From Thermoanaerobaculia bacterium (GTDB lineage Bacteria; Acidobacteriota; Thermoanaerobaculia; Multivoradales; Multivoraceae): DNA of 64,000 bases. The notes below the pieces were generated by a model, which searched no databases, was not told the origin of the DNA, and worked only from the letters and a program-made list of their open reading frames with translations. The position numbers and the translations under genes are program-made. Every line of letters starts with the position of its first letter. Positions within the stretch are counted from its first letter, which is position 1. The DNA lies in NCBI GenBank assembly GCA_963664405.1, contig OY761158.1:2336001-2400000 (forward strand), in the 5' to 3' direction. Positions 48,630 through 58,559 of this stretch are shown here, piece after piece.

Positions 48630-49167
48630 TGCGTCCCTGCCCCAACGAGAGCGGATCCCGGAGGAGTCGAGACTTGACGGTGGGTAATCAGATCGGTCTC
48701 GCCGACGACCGCCTGAATCAGATTAGGTCGCCATGGGTGGTGGCAATCAACTCCGGCCGCGGGCGAAAGCGCCGATCCGATCTATTGCCTGGCCGCCTTG
48801 GGCGAGCATGGGAAGGACTGGAATACGTGGATCATGTCTTCCCACTCCCCGAGGGCCACGGCGACGCCGGCGGCATCTAGCTTCTCGGCCAGTTTGCGGC
48901 CTGCGTCCCTGCCCTAACGAGAGCGGATTCCGGAGGAGTCGAGACTTGACGGTGGGTAATCAGATCGGTCTCGCCGATGACCGCCTGATTCAGATGAGAG
49001 TCGCCGTGGGTGGTGGCAATCAACTCTGGCCACGGATGAAATCGCCGATCCGATCTATTGCTTGGCCGCTTTCGGCGAGCATAGGGAAGGATTGAAATAC
49101 ATGGATCATGTCTTCCCACTCCTCGAGGGCTACGGCGACGCCGGCGGCCTCTAGCTTCTCGGCCAGT
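48621..49167. repeat. Imperfect tandem duplication (about 272-bp unit) of the esterase 3' end and downstream DNA
   Basis: 48621-48892 aligns with 48893-49167, with scattered substitutions and indels. Confidence 0.85.
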
Positions 49168-49907
49168 CGGGTGGAGTCGGAGAGCAGGATCTCGGCAGTG
49201 CCGACCTGGATCAGAAAGGGAGGCAAGCCTGCCAGGTCGGCGAAGAGAGGGGAAGCAAGCTCCGTCTTGGGGTCAGCGCCATCTAAATAGGCTTGGCTCA
49301 TCAGCTGCAGAGCCTCGGCCGCGACCATGGGATCTTCACCTGCCTTGGTTTGTACCGACTCTCCGCTTCCACTGAGGTCGACCCAGGGGGACAGCGCGAC
49401 CGCGGCGCTCGGCATCGCGAGGCCTTGCTCACGCAGCTGTAGGAGTGTGGCAACGGTCAGACCGCCGCCGGCAGAGTCTCCAGCGATGGCGCAGCGCGAA
49501 GCCTCGACTCCCTGCTCGAGCAGCCACTTCCAAGCAGTTACAGAGTCTTCGACGGCAGCCGGGAAGGGGTCTTCAGGGGCGAGGCGATAGTCGACGCCAA
49601 GGACTCGTGCTTCCGTGGCGCGAGCGATTCGCTGCATCATGTGGCGGTGGGTGTTGATCGAGCCCAGGGCGTAGCCGCCACCGTGAAGATAAAAGACGAC
49701 GCGAGCCGGCTCGACTCCGGGAGTCGCGATCCACTCGACCGGAACCCGGCCGGCCATGTCCGGTTCACAGCTGACATCGTCAGGCAGCCAAAGAACGTTC
49801 TGCATCGCTTCCATACCGGCGCGACGCTGCGCCCAGGTCAGATCCTGCCGGCTGGGCCTGGCGGCCAGGGCCTTGACAACTCGCTCCAGAGCATCGCTCT
49901 TCGCCAT
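49020..49907 (-). CDS. Alpha/beta hydrolase (HSL-family esterase)
   Basis: HGGGY, DYRLAPE, GDSAGG, SPWVDL, HVF. Confidence 0.93.
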   Translation of the reverse strand: MAKSDALERVVKALAARPSRQDLTWAQRRAGMEAMQNVLWLPDDVSCEPDMAGRVPVEWIATPGVEPARVVFYLHGGGYALGSINTHRHMMQRIARATEARVLGVDYRLAPEDPFPAAVEDSVTAWKWLLEQGVEASRCAIAGDSAGGGLTVATLLQLREQGLAMPSAAVALSPWVDLSGSGESVQTKAGEDPMVAAEALQLMSQAYLDGADPKTELASPLFADLAGLPPFLIQVGTAEILLSDSTRLAEKLEAAGVAVALEEWEDMIHVFQSFPMLAESGQAIDRIGDFIRGQS

Positions 49908-49979
49908 CTATCGACCTCCTCGACCCGCCATCCTAGTCGAGTGCCGCTCGACTCTCCACTGCTAAGATCACCGCTGCCC

Positions 49980-50627
49980 ATGTACACAGGCATTGTCCAA
50001 GCGTCGTGCGCAGTAGCCTCGGTAACCGATCGACCCGGCCAGCGCACTCTCGGCATAGAGCTCCCCGAGGATCTCCTGCGAGGCCTCACGGTCGGCGCCA
50101 GCGTCGGCCTCGATGGGGTCTGCATGACGGTCACTTCGATCCTCGCGGAGGTGGTGAGCTTCGACGCCATCCAAGAAACCCTGGATCGCACCACTCTCGG
50201 CGGCATCGAGGTCGGAGACCTCCTCAACGTGGAGCGCTCGGCTCTGGCCGGGGCCGAGATCGGCGGTCACGAGATCTCGGGGCACATCGACGGCACCGTC
50301 GAAGTAGTCGGTGTCGAGGAGCCCGAAGGCAACTGCATCCTCACCATGAGGGCACCGCAGGAGTTCCTCCGCTACCTCTTTCCCAAGGGATTCGCCGCTC
50401 TCAACGGTTGCAGTCTGACGGTCGTCGACGTCGACCGCGAAGCTGCGACCTTCACGGTGCACCTGATTCCCGAGACCTTGCGGGTCACCACCTTCGACAC
50501 CAAACAAGTCGGAGATCGGGTCAATTTCGAGATCGAGCGGCGTACCCAGGTAATTGTCGATACGGTGCGAGGGCTCTTCAGGGAGTACCTGAATAGCGGC
50601 GAGCTCGCCAAGTTCGCAGCGACCTAG
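49980..50627 (+). CDS. ribE: Riboflavin synthase (alpha chain)
   Basis: MYTGIV, GASVGLDGVCMTV, ETLDRTTLG, GGHEISGHIDG, NGCSLTV, LIPETL. Confidence 0.92.
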   Translation: MYTGIVQASCAVASVTDRPGQRTLGIELPEDLLRGLTVGASVGLDGVCMTVTSILAEVVSFDAIQETLDRTTLGGIEVGDLLNVERSALAGAEIGGHEISGHIDGTVEVVGVEEPEGNCILTMRAPQEFLRYLFPKGFAALNGCSLTVVDVDREAATFTVHLIPETLRVTTFDTKQVGDRVNFEIERRTQVIVDTVRGLFREYLNSGELAKFAAT

Positions 50628-50640
50628 AGCACGAGCGTAG

Positions 50641-53600
50641 ATGCGCATCTCCGATCTCTCCATCCGGCGCCCGGTGATGGCCACGGTGCTCAATCTGTTG
50701 ATCTTGGTCGCCGGTGGTGTCGCCTATTTCACACTCGAGGTGCGCGAGTACCCTGACGTCGAGTACCCGGTCATCTCCATCAACACGCTCTACTTCGGCG
50801 CCAGCCCGCAGACCATCGAAGCCACCATCACGGAGCCGCTCGAACAAGTGCTCAACGGCATGGACGGCGTTCGCAGCATCACCTCGAGCAGCGCCTTCAG
50901 TGTCAGCACCATCAACGTGGAGTTCGAGGCCGGCCGCGACATCGATCTCGCCACCACCGACGTCTCCAACTCGATCCAGCAGGCGCTGGGTGATCTGCCC
51001 CAAGAGGCCGAGCGACCGGTCGTGATCAAGTCGAGCTCCGAGTCCGGCTCGATCATGTATCTGAGCTTGGAGGGCGGAGGCCTGAACAGCATCGATCGTA
51101 CTGATGTCGCTGACCGCATGGTCAAGACTTCACTGCAGCTGATACCGGGAGTCTCTTCGGTGCGCGTCATGGGCGAGCTCTACGCCATGCGGGTCTGGCT
51201 CGACCCGGCGAAGATGGCGGCGCGAGGGGTCGATCCCGCCGATGTTCGCCAAGCCATCCTAGAGAACAACCTCCAGGTCCCCGCCGGAGAGGTCGAGGGT
51301 GCAGCACGCAAGTTCACTCTCAACCTCGACGCCCAGATCGACGATCCCAGGGTCTACGAACGATTGGTCATCCGCCGCGACGGCGAGCGGATCGTCCGCA
51401 TCGGCGACGTCGGCTGGGTCGAGCTCGGGGCCGACGACTACCGCAAGATCTCCAGACACAACGGTGAAGAGACAACCGCCGTCGGCATCAATCGCCAGTC
51501 GCGAGCCAACGAGCTCGAGGTCTCGGACGCTGTGCAGGCGAAGCTCGCCGACATTCGGCCGTCCCTACCCGAGGGTATGGACATCAAGGTCTCCACCGAC
51601 TTCACCCTCTTCGTCAGAGAGACTCTGCGTCAGGTCTGGGAGACCCTGGCTATCGTCTTCGCCCTGGTGGTGCTGGTGAACCTCTTCTTCCTGCGCTCGA
51701 AGACCACCACCATTATCACTTCGGTCGCGATCCCGATCTCCTTGATCGGTACCTTCGCGGTGGTGAAGATCGCGGGCTTCTCGATCAATGCCCTGACCCT
51801 GCTCGCCCTGGTGTTGGTCATCGGCATGCTGGTAGACGACTCGATCGTAGTGATGGAGAACATCTATCGGCGTCAAGAGCTCGGAGAGCCGCCGATGCTT
51901 GCCGCTCGCAACGGGACTCGTGAAGTGGGTTTCCCGGTCATCGCAACTACCGCGGCGGTGGTGGCGGTCCTGGTGCCGCTTGCGATGATGTCGGGCAACA
52001 CCGGCCAGCTCTTCCGTGAGTTCGCTCTTACCATGGCCGCGGCGGTGATCATCTCGACCTTCGTCGCCCTGACCGTGGTGCCGATGGCGTGCTCGCGCTT
52101 CTTGAATGTCTCCCAGAAACACGGTCTGGTCTGGCGAGTCATCGAGGGCATATTGCGCGCCGCGGTCGGCGCCTACAGTCGAGGGCTGGAGATCTGCCTC
52201 CGTCACCGCTTCTCGGTGGCCTTGGTCTTTCTGCTGGTTCTCGCCGGCACGGTGTGGATGGTTCAGGTGATACCGAAGACACTGGTGCCGGTCGAAGATC
52301 GCGGCGTCATCATGACCTTTGTCCGCGCGCCGCAAGGCTCTACCGCGGCCTACACCGACGCCGCGATGAAGCAGGTGGAGGCGATATTCTTAGAGGTGCC
52401 GGAAGTGCAGAGCTTCTTTGCGATCGTCTCGATGGGCTTCTTCGGCCCCGGCGACACTTCGCAAGGCATTGTCTTCAGCCACCTCAGGCCCTGGTCCGAG
52501 CGTGAGCGAAGGCAGCAAGACATCGTCGCCGAGCTCCGTCCGAAGATGATGGCCATTCCCGAGGCTCTGGTTTTCCCCTCCAATCCGTCGTCTCTGGGGC
52601 AGAGCTTTCGTAACGCCGACATTCAGGTGGCTCTCAAGAGTCCCAACGCCGACCTCGAAGAGTTCGGTCAGGTGTCGGAGGCGCTCGTGCAGCGCCTACG
52701 CAATGATCCCGCGCTGTCCAACGTCGATACCAATATGCGCCTCGACAACCCCCAGCTCGACATCGTCATCGATCGCGAGCGCGCTTCCGATCTGGGGATC
52801 TCGGTATCGAGAGTGGCCGAAGCGCTGCGGCTTCTGGTGTCGCAGGGACGCACTGACGATTTCATCCTGCGCGCGCGTCAGTACGACGTGGTGATGGCGC
52901 TCGCGTCGCGATACCGATCGATCCCCGAGCAGCTCGGCGAGATCCATCTTCGCGCCGGTGACGGCACCATGGTGCCGCTGTCCTCGCTCGCCGCCGCGGT
53001 ACCCACCATCGCCCCTGCCATCCTGAGTCACTTCGATCTACAGCGGGCCGTAACCCTCAGCGCCAACCTCTCCCCAGGATTCTCCATGGGAGAGGCTCTG
53101 GATCGTATCTCGACCGCTCTCGACGAAGTGATGCCGGAGGGCTTCACCATGGCTCTTTCCGGGGCCTCGCGCGAGTTTGTCGACTCCGCCGGCACCATCT
53201 ACGTCACTTTCGGCATCGCCCTTCTGATCATCTACCTGGTGTTGGCGGCTCAGTTCGAGAGTTTCCTGCATCCGCTGACCGTCATGCTGAGCGTGCCACT
53301 CGCCACCCTGGGGGCCCTCGCCGCGCTCCAAATGTTGGGCCACACTCTGAATATCTACAGCGCCATCGGCCTCATCCTGCTGGTCGGGCTGGTGACCAAG
53401 AACTCGATTCTGCTGGTCGACTTCGCCAATCAGGAGCGTGCACGTGGCAAGGGCCTCTTGGAATCGCTGCGTAGCGCGGGAAGTACTCGCTTCCGCCCCA
53501 TCCTGATGACCAGCATGACCTCGATATTGGGCGCCCTCCCTCTGGCGTTGGCGACCGGTGCGGGAGCCGAGAGTCGGCGCCCGATCGGAGCCGCTGTCGT

Positions 53601-53736
53601 CGGCGGCCTGCTCTTCTCCACCGTCTTCACTCTGCTGATGATTCCGGCGATCCACTATCTGGTCGTGCGGATCGCCCAGAAGTTGCATATCAATACGATC
53701 CCACCGCTGATCGAGCTGGAAGCTGTGGAGCGGTGA
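50641..53736 (+). CDS. RND efflux permease (AcrB/MexF-like)
   Basis: IRRPV, GMLVDDSIVVMENI, LFREFA, LAAQFES, KNSILLVDFA, RFRPILMT; 1031 aa. Confidence 0.95.
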   Translation: MRISDLSIRRPVMATVLNLLILVAGGVAYFTLEVREYPDVEYPVISINTLYFGASPQTIEATITEPLEQVLNGMDGVRSITSSSAFSVSTINVEFEAGRDIDLATTDVSNSIQQALGDLPQEAERPVVIKSSSESGSIMYLSLEGGGLNSIDRTDVADRMVKTSLQLIPGVSSVRVMGELYAMRVWLDPAKMAARGVDPADVRQAILENNLQVPAGEVEGAARKFTLNLDAQIDDPRVYERLVIRRDGERIVRIGDVGWVELGADDYRKISRHNGEETTAVGINRQSRANELEVSDAVQAKLADIRPSLPEGMDIKVSTDFTLFVRETLRQVWETLAIVFALVVLVNLFFLRSKTTTIITSVAIPISLIGTFAVVKIAGFSINALTLLALVLVIGMLVDDSIVVMENIYRRQELGEPPMLAARNGTREVGFPVIATTAAVVAVLVPLAMMSGNTGQLFREFALTMAAAVIISTFVALTVVPMACSRFLNVSQKHGLVWRVIEGILRAAVGAYSRGLEICLRHRFSVALVFLLVLAGTVWMVQVIPKTLVPVEDRGVIMTFVRAPQGSTAAYTDAAMKQVEAIFLEVPEVQSFFAIVSMGFFGPGDTSQGIVFSHLRPWSERERRQQDIVAELRPKMMAIPEALVFPSNPSSLGQSFRNADIQVALKSPNADLEEFGQVSEALVQRLRNDPALSNVDTNMRLDNPQLDIVIDRERASDLGISVSRVAEALRLLVSQGRTDDFILRARQYDVVMALASRYRSIPEQLGEIHLRAGDGTMVPLSSLAAAVPTIAPAILSHFDLQRAVTLSANLSPGFSMGEALDRISTALDEVMPEGFTMALSGASREFVDSAGTIYVTFGIALLIIYLVLAAQFESFLHPLTVMLSVPLATLGALAALQMLGHTLNIYSAIGLILLVGLVTKNSILLVDFANQERARGKGLLESLRSAGSTRFRPILMTSMTSILGALPLALATGAGAESRRPIGAAVVGGLLFSTVFTLLMIPAIHYLVVRIAQKLHINTIPPLIELEAVER

Positions 53737-53751
53737 CCCGGGCCCCTCTTT

Positions 53752-54336
53752 GTGGCAATGGACACGGACAAGTCGGCCGAGTATTCACCCATGCTCCGAA
53801 GCGAACGTCTAGTCCTGAGGGAGTTCCGTGACCAGGACTTTGACGCGGTACATGCGTACGCGGTCGATCCAGATGTCGTCCGCTACATGCCGTGGGGGCC
53901 GAACTCGGAGGCCGAGACCCGGGATTTTCTCGAGCGAGCTCAGTCGTACACCGAGATGGAACCGCGAGTCGAGTTCGAGCTCGCCGTCGTGGGTGCGGAC
54001 TCGGGGCAACTCATTGGCGGTATCGGGATTCACGCCGATGGGACCAATGCCATGTTGGGCTACTGTCTCGCGAAGCCGGCATGGAGCAAGGGGTACGCTA
54101 CGGAAGCAGCCCGAGTCGTGACAGGTTTCGGCTTCGAGAAGTTGAGCGCCCACCGGATCTGGGCAAGCTGCGACCCGGACAACACCGCATCCATCGGTGT
54201 GCTGACGAAACTCGGGATGACCAGAGAAGGACGCCGACGGCAGGATTGTCGAATCCGCGGTGAGTGGCGAGACTCCCTCTTGTTCTCGATTCTCGATGAC
54301 GAGTGGGCACGGCCAAACGAAACCGATACCGGCTGA
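53752..54336 (+). CDS. GNAT acetyltransferase (RimJ/RimL type)
   Basis: SERLVLR, WSKGYATEA, N.ASI.VL.KLGM..EG. Confidence 0.88.
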   Translation: MAMDTDKSAEYSPMLRSERLVLREFRDQDFDAVHAYAVDPDVVRYMPWGPNSEAETRDFLERAQSYTEMEPRVEFELAVVGADSGQLIGGIGIHADGTNAMLGYCLAKPAWSKGYATEAARVVTGFGFEKLSAHRIWASCDPDNTASIGVLTKLGMTREGRRRQDCRIRGEWRDSLLFSILDDEWARPNETDTG

Positions 54337-54442
54337 CCTCGCCGCGGCGCCCTCGTTTGTCGAGCGGGCCTTCGTCGATCGTGTGCGCGAGCGAATCTGC
54401 AGACTATGAGGACACTGGCAGGGAACGCCAGGAGTCGGACCG

Positions 54443-54471
54443 TAGACGTTTTGACGTTAAGACGCTAAAAT
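54443..54471 (+). promoter_or_regulatory. Toxin-antitoxin promoter/operator
   Basis: TAGACG, 17-bp spacer, TAAAAT; three GACG(T/C)T repeats at 8-bp period (54445, 54453, 54461). Confidence 0.55.
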
Positions 54472-54477
54472 GACCCC

Positions 54478-54711
54478 ATGTCAGCCGCACAAAAAAGAGC
54501 AACCGTCTATTTTGACGCCGATCTTCACCGTGCGCTACGAGTGAAGGCAGCGGAGACGGACAGCAACATCTCCGAGCTTGTCAACGATGCGGTCAAGTTA
54601 ACCCTCGCAGAAGACGCGGAGGACTTGGCGGTCTTTGAAGAACGCGCTATCGAGCCGAACCTACGCTTTGAAGACGTAGTCAAGGACCTGAAGCAGCGTG
54701 GCAAGATTTGA
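54478..54711 (+). CDS. Ribbon-helix-helix (CopG-like) antitoxin
   Basis: KRATVYFD.DLHRALRVKAAE...SELVN; acidic C-terminus; overlaps the toxin gene. Confidence 0.85.
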   Translation: MSAAQKRATVYFDADLHRALRVKAAETDSNISELVNDAVKLTLAEDAEDLAVFEERAIEPNLRFEDVVKDLKQRGKI

Positions 54712-54967
54712 GCTCCTCATCAAGCCCTCCGCGGCCAAAGAGCTCGAATCGCTTCCTCGCAAGAAAGATCGGCAGCGAATAGCCGAGAGGATCGGCCGGC
54801 TCACCGACGATCCGCGCCCGCCGGGATGCCAGAAGCTCTCAGGTCGAGACCGCTACCGAATACGCCAAGGCGTCTACCGCATCGTGTACTCGATTCAAGA
54901 CAAGCAGTTGATCGTTGTCGTCATCAAAATCGGCCATCGCAAGGACGTCTATCGGGGAGCACCCTAA
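54698..54967 (+). CDS. relE: RelE/ParE family toxin
   Basis: PSAAKELE.LP, PRPPGCQKL, YRIRQGVYRIVY, IGHRKDVY. Confidence 0.88.
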   Translation: MARFELLIKPSAAKELESLPRKKDRQRIAERIGRLTDDPRPPGCQKLSGRDRYRIRQGVYRIVYSIQDKQLIVVVIKIGHRKDVYRGAP

Positions 54968-54971
54968 CCAA

Positions 54972-55778
54972 GTGCCAGCTCGCACTAGAGTCCTGCTCGC
55001 CGTTGTTCTCGGCACCCACGGGGTACAGATCTCCTCTCTAGAGACTCCTCCTAACCCAGCCCGGGCCGAATCGGTGACGATCGAATACGTAGCCCACGCG
55101 TGTTTTCGTTTCACCTCTCCCGACGGAGCTAGAGTGCTTGTCGATCCATTCGCCAGCAGAGTCTGGATCGGGTACGACTTTCCTCCCGGCATCGACGCCG
55201 ACACCGTTCTCATCACCCATCCGCATTACGATCACGACGGTGGTGTCTCGGTCGATCGTCGGCCGCCTTGGGCAGAGGGGGCCACGGTACTGCGAGAGCC
55301 AGGCCTCCACGATGAGGGTGGTTTCAGGATCCTGGGCATTCGTGGCAAGCACGCGGACCCGTGGGGAAAGGAGTTCGGACAGACCAACACCGTCTGGCTA
55401 CTCGAGGCGGCCGGCCTCCGAATCGCCCACCTGGGAGACAACGGGCCACTATCCAGGGATGCCATAGACAAGCTCGGCAAGGTCGACATCCTCCTCGTAC
55501 CCATCGATTCCAAGTTCCACATCCTCCAGCGAGACGAGATCCGGGCGATTCTCGAGGAAATGTCTCCCAGAATTGTCATCCCCATGCACTATCGACACCC
55601 CGATCTCGAATCGGACGATTCCGCGCCAGAAGACCTGGGGGATATCGACGGCTGGCTGCGGCAGCGCGAGCGTGTGCGCCGGCTCGCTTCGCACGAGATC
55701 CGGATCTCTCCCGACGATCTACCGGCGGAGCAGGAGATTCTAGTGCTCCAGCACTGGCCAGCGATTCAACGGCAGTGA
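54972..55778 (+). CDS. MBL-fold metallo-hydrolase (exported)
   Basis: HACF, VDPF, THPHYDH, HLGD, IPMHY. Confidence 0.85.
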   Translation: MPARTRVLLAVVLGTHGVQISSLETPPNPARAESVTIEYVAHACFRFTSPDGARVLVDPFASRVWIGYDFPPGIDADTVLITHPHYDHDGGVSVDRRPPWAEGATVLREPGLHDEGGFRILGIRGKHADPWGKEFGQTNTVWLLEAAGLRIAHLGDNGPLSRDAIDKLGKVDILLVPIDSKFHILQRDEIRAILEEMSPRIVIPMHYRHPDLESDDSAPEDLGDIDGWLRQRERVRRLASHEIRISPDDLPAEQEILVLQHWPAIQRQ

Positions 55779-55833
55779 GCCATCTCTTCCCCATCGACAC
55801 TGGTAGCTTCTCAGCTGAGAAGAGCAACCAGAC

Positions 55834-56520
55834 ATGAAATCGGAAGAAGAGCTCCTCCTCGAGCAGAAGGCCTACTACCGCGCCAGATCGGCGGAGTATG
55901 ACGACTGGTTCTACCGACGAGACCGCTTCTACAAAGGCGAAGACCACAAAGCGCGTTGGGAGGGTGAAGTTCAGATCCTGCGATCCGCTCTCGACCACCA
56001 ATCGCCGAGCGGCACGATCCTCGAGCTCGCATGCGGAACCGGCATTTGGACCCAAGAGCTGGCTCGCTACGCAGAGAGTCTCGACGTCGTCGACTCATCG
56101 CCTGAAGTTCTGGAGATCTGCAAGTCGAAGATCCAGCACCCGAGGATCACTTTTCATTGCAGTGACATCTTTGATTGGGCTCCGCAGAGAAAATACGACT
56201 TCGTTTTCTTCTCTTTCTGGCTCTCCCACGTTCCACCTTCGCGATTCGCTCCGTTTTGGAAGAAGGTCCGAGCTGCTCTCGACCCTGGAGGAGCCGTCTT
56301 CTTCCTCGACAACGCGCAGAACCTCGGAGCGCCCACAGACCAGCAGCCGCGCTCCGAGGATGATTGGCTGGCTCGCCGCGACCTCCGAGACGGACGCGAG
56401 TTCGATATCGTCAAGATCTTCTACGAACCGTCCGAATTGGAGGAGCAACTCCGATCGCTTGGTTGGACTTGCCGGGTTAGGAGGACGGACAGTTTCTTTA
56501 TCTATGGCGAGGCATCGTGA
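55834..56520 (+). CDS. Class I SAM-dependent methyltransferase
   Basis: LELACGTG, VDSSPE, FWLSHVP. Confidence 0.88.
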   Translation: MKSEEELLLEQKAYYRARSAEYDDWFYRRDRFYKGEDHKARWEGEVQILRSALDHQSPSGTILELACGTGIWTQELARYAESLDVVDSSPEVLEICKSKIQHPRITFHCSDIFDWAPQRKYDFVFFSFWLSHVPPSRFAPFWKKVRAALDPGGAVFFLDNAQNLGAPTDQQPRSEDDWLARRDLRDGREFDIVKIFYEPSELEEQLRSLGWTCRVRRTDSFFIYGEAS

Positions 56521-57251
56521 CGCCTGCGATCAGCGCACGTCGGCCAGCCCTCAACCTCAGTGGGTCCGTGATGGCTGTTCCCGGCTCAATCCTCTTTGAC
56601 CTCGACAACACACTCAACGATCGAAGGGGTGCGATCGATCGTTATTGCAAAGCCTTCCTCGACGAGTTCGGGTCCCAGCTCCTAGAGGAACCAAACCTTG
56701 CGAGCTTGCTAGCCGAGGCGGATCAGGGTGGGTACAGCGAAACCCGATCCGCGGACATCTGTCGCCTCTTGCCCTGGCGATCGATCCCGACGCCTGAAGC
56801 CATCCACTCTCACTGGCGAATTCACTTTCCGCGGTCGACAGTTCCGTGCCCCGGACTCATCGAAACACTCGATTTCATGCGTCGACAGCAGATCAAGCTT
56901 GCAATCGTGACTAACGGCGGGCTCGAGGGCCAGAGGACAAAGATCGGATTGCTGGGTATTCAGGATTTCTTCGACACTGTCGTCATCTCGGGAGCCGTAG
57001 GCTTTGGCAAGCCGGACAGGCGGATATTCGAGCTCGCACTCTCTGAAATAGGAAGCCAAGCGCAGCAAGCTTGGTTCGTCGGAGATCACCCGCGCAATGA
57101 CATCCTTGGAGCCGAGTCCGCCGGCCTCACGCCGATCTGGATGTCCGGCCGCCATCCCTGGCCGAGTGAAGTGCCAGAGCCTCAGATGCAGATCTCCGCT
57201 CTCCCCGAATTGGTTGCCCTGATCGAGGCTGCCGCCTCAGGAGGTGGGTGA
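56517..57251 (+). CDS. HAD family hydrolase
   Basis: FDLDNTL, VTNG, KPDRRIF, VGDH..NDI.GA. Confidence 0.9.
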   Translation: MTPAISARRPALNLSGSVMAVPGSILFDLDNTLNDRRGAIDRYCKAFLDEFGSQLLEEPNLASLLAEADQGGYSETRSADICRLLPWRSIPTPEAIHSHWRIHFPRSTVPCPGLIETLDFMRRQQIKLAIVTNGGLEGQRTKIGLLGIQDFFDTVVISGAVGFGKPDRRIFELALSEIGSQAQQAWFVGDHPRNDILGAESAGLTPIWMSGRHPWPSEVPEPQMQISALPELVALIEAAASGGG

Positions 57252-57254
57252 ACG

Positions 57255-58013
57255 TTGCCTCCCAGCCTAGACTACGACCCCATCTCCCCGGTCTACGACG
57301 CGAGATACCGGTTCGGTGGGCCAGCGGGGGTTTTGAACGGCCTTCGGCAGCTAACGCGCTCTGGAGATGTGCGGAGGATCGCCGAGATCGGCTGCGGCAC
57401 CGGGCACTGGCTAGGCGAGTTGGAGAGCCTCGGGTGGACGTGTGGTCTCGATCTGTCGATGGGCATGCTGCGCAAGGCACAAGACAAGCTATGCGAGAGC
57501 CGGCTGCTCCGCGCAGACGCCCATCGTATTCCCCTCGAGTCGGAATCGATGGATCTGCTGTACTGCGTCAACGCACTTCATCACTTTACCGATCCGAGCG
57601 CAGTTATTGCGGAGACGGCAAGAGTCCTTCGAAAATCGGGCACTCTTGCCGTCGTGGGGATGGACCCACAGAGGGATGGAGACCAATGGTATTTATACGA
57701 CTTCTTTCCCGGAACGTTGGAGACAGACAAAGCCCGCTACCCCTCTACCCAGCAGATCGCATCTTGGATGAAGGGTTCAGGGCTGTCGGAGACCAGAAGC
57801 CGCGCGGCGGCGCGCATTCGGAATAGCACACGCGGAGAGGGCGTATTCGCAGACCCTATCCTCCATAAGAGCGGCACGTCCCAGCTGACGCTGCTCACCG
57901 ACGAGGCGTTTCGCGCCGGCATGACGCGCATCAGGTCGGCGATCGAAGACAATCCGACTGCGGTCTTCTCGACCGATGTGACACTGCATCTGACTGTGGG
58001 AAAACAACCGTGA
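57255..58013 (+). CDS. Class I SAM-dependent methyltransferase
   Basis: EIGCGTG, GLDLS..ML, ADA..IP, RVLR..G. Confidence 0.88.
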   Translation: MPPSLDYDPISPVYDARYRFGGPAGVLNGLRQLTRSGDVRRIAEIGCGTGHWLGELESLGWTCGLDLSMGMLRKAQDKLCESRLLRADAHRIPLESESMDLLYCVNALHHFTDPSAVIAETARVLRKSGTLAVVGMDPQRDGDQWYLYDFFPGTLETDKARYPSTQQIASWMKGSGLSETRSRAAARIRNSTRGEGVFADPILHKSGTSQLTLLTDEAFRAGMTRIRSAIEDNPTAVFSTDVTLHLTVGKQP

Positions 58014-58103
58014 CGCACGCGCAGGAACGTCGCCTTGAAGCGAACACTGAACCACGAAGGGAAGAGTGAGCGTGAAGCGCCACGGCTCAGGAAGGCGGCA
58101 GCT

Positions 58104-58214
58104 TTGAAAGTCGGCGTTCTTGCCTCGCATCACGGCACCACGCTTCAGTGCGCCGTCCTCGGCCCCAAAAGGGAACTAGCTTTCGGAATGACATTCATCG
58201 TTTTCGAAAGCTAG
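58104..58214 (+). pseudogene. Possible purN (GAR formyltransferase) N-terminal remnant
   Basis: LKVGVLASHHGTTLQ resembles PurN VLASG.GSNLQ; similarity ends after about 15 codons. Confidence 0.4.
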
Positions 58215-58218
58215 CCGA

Positions 58219-58333
58219 CCGGCCGTTCAGGGTGCCCCAGATCGCCGCAGCGCAGGAGCGAGGCGACGCAGGCGTACTCTGGCGTACTCCTAGGAGCCGA
58301 GCGACCCTTCACTCTGGCTGGCTGGATGGCCGG
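58219..58333. repeat. Degenerate hairpin element related to the MITE core
   Basis: Arms CCGGCCGTTCAG and CTGGATGGCCGG; core GACGCAGG-[short IR]-AGGAG as in the MITE. Confidence 0.45.
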
Positions 58334-58559
58334 AGGAAATCCGAATGCGCCGTCCTCGGCGCCATGTTCCGCATCCGGAGGAAGTGATACCGATCACTTC
58401 CGTAGGATGCGACGAGCACGCGGTGAGGTGGGGTGCCCTGGACGGCCGGCGCTACCAGTCGAAGGTCACATAACCCAGCGCACGACGCTCGAGCAGGTCG
58501 CCATAAGCGATCTCGAACTGCAAGAAGAACTACGGTTCCTGCCACTCAAACGGATGGAG

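Noticed and set aside
48621-49167. Diversity-generating retroelement template/variable pair
   Set aside because: Differences include indels and non-adenine changes, and there is no reverse transcriptase in the window.
53752-58013. Integron cassette array (GNAT, TA, MBL, methyltransferases, HAD in one orientation)
   Set aside because: No integrase or complete attC hairpins were seen and several genes overlap. Only a lone CCCTAAC at the relE stop.
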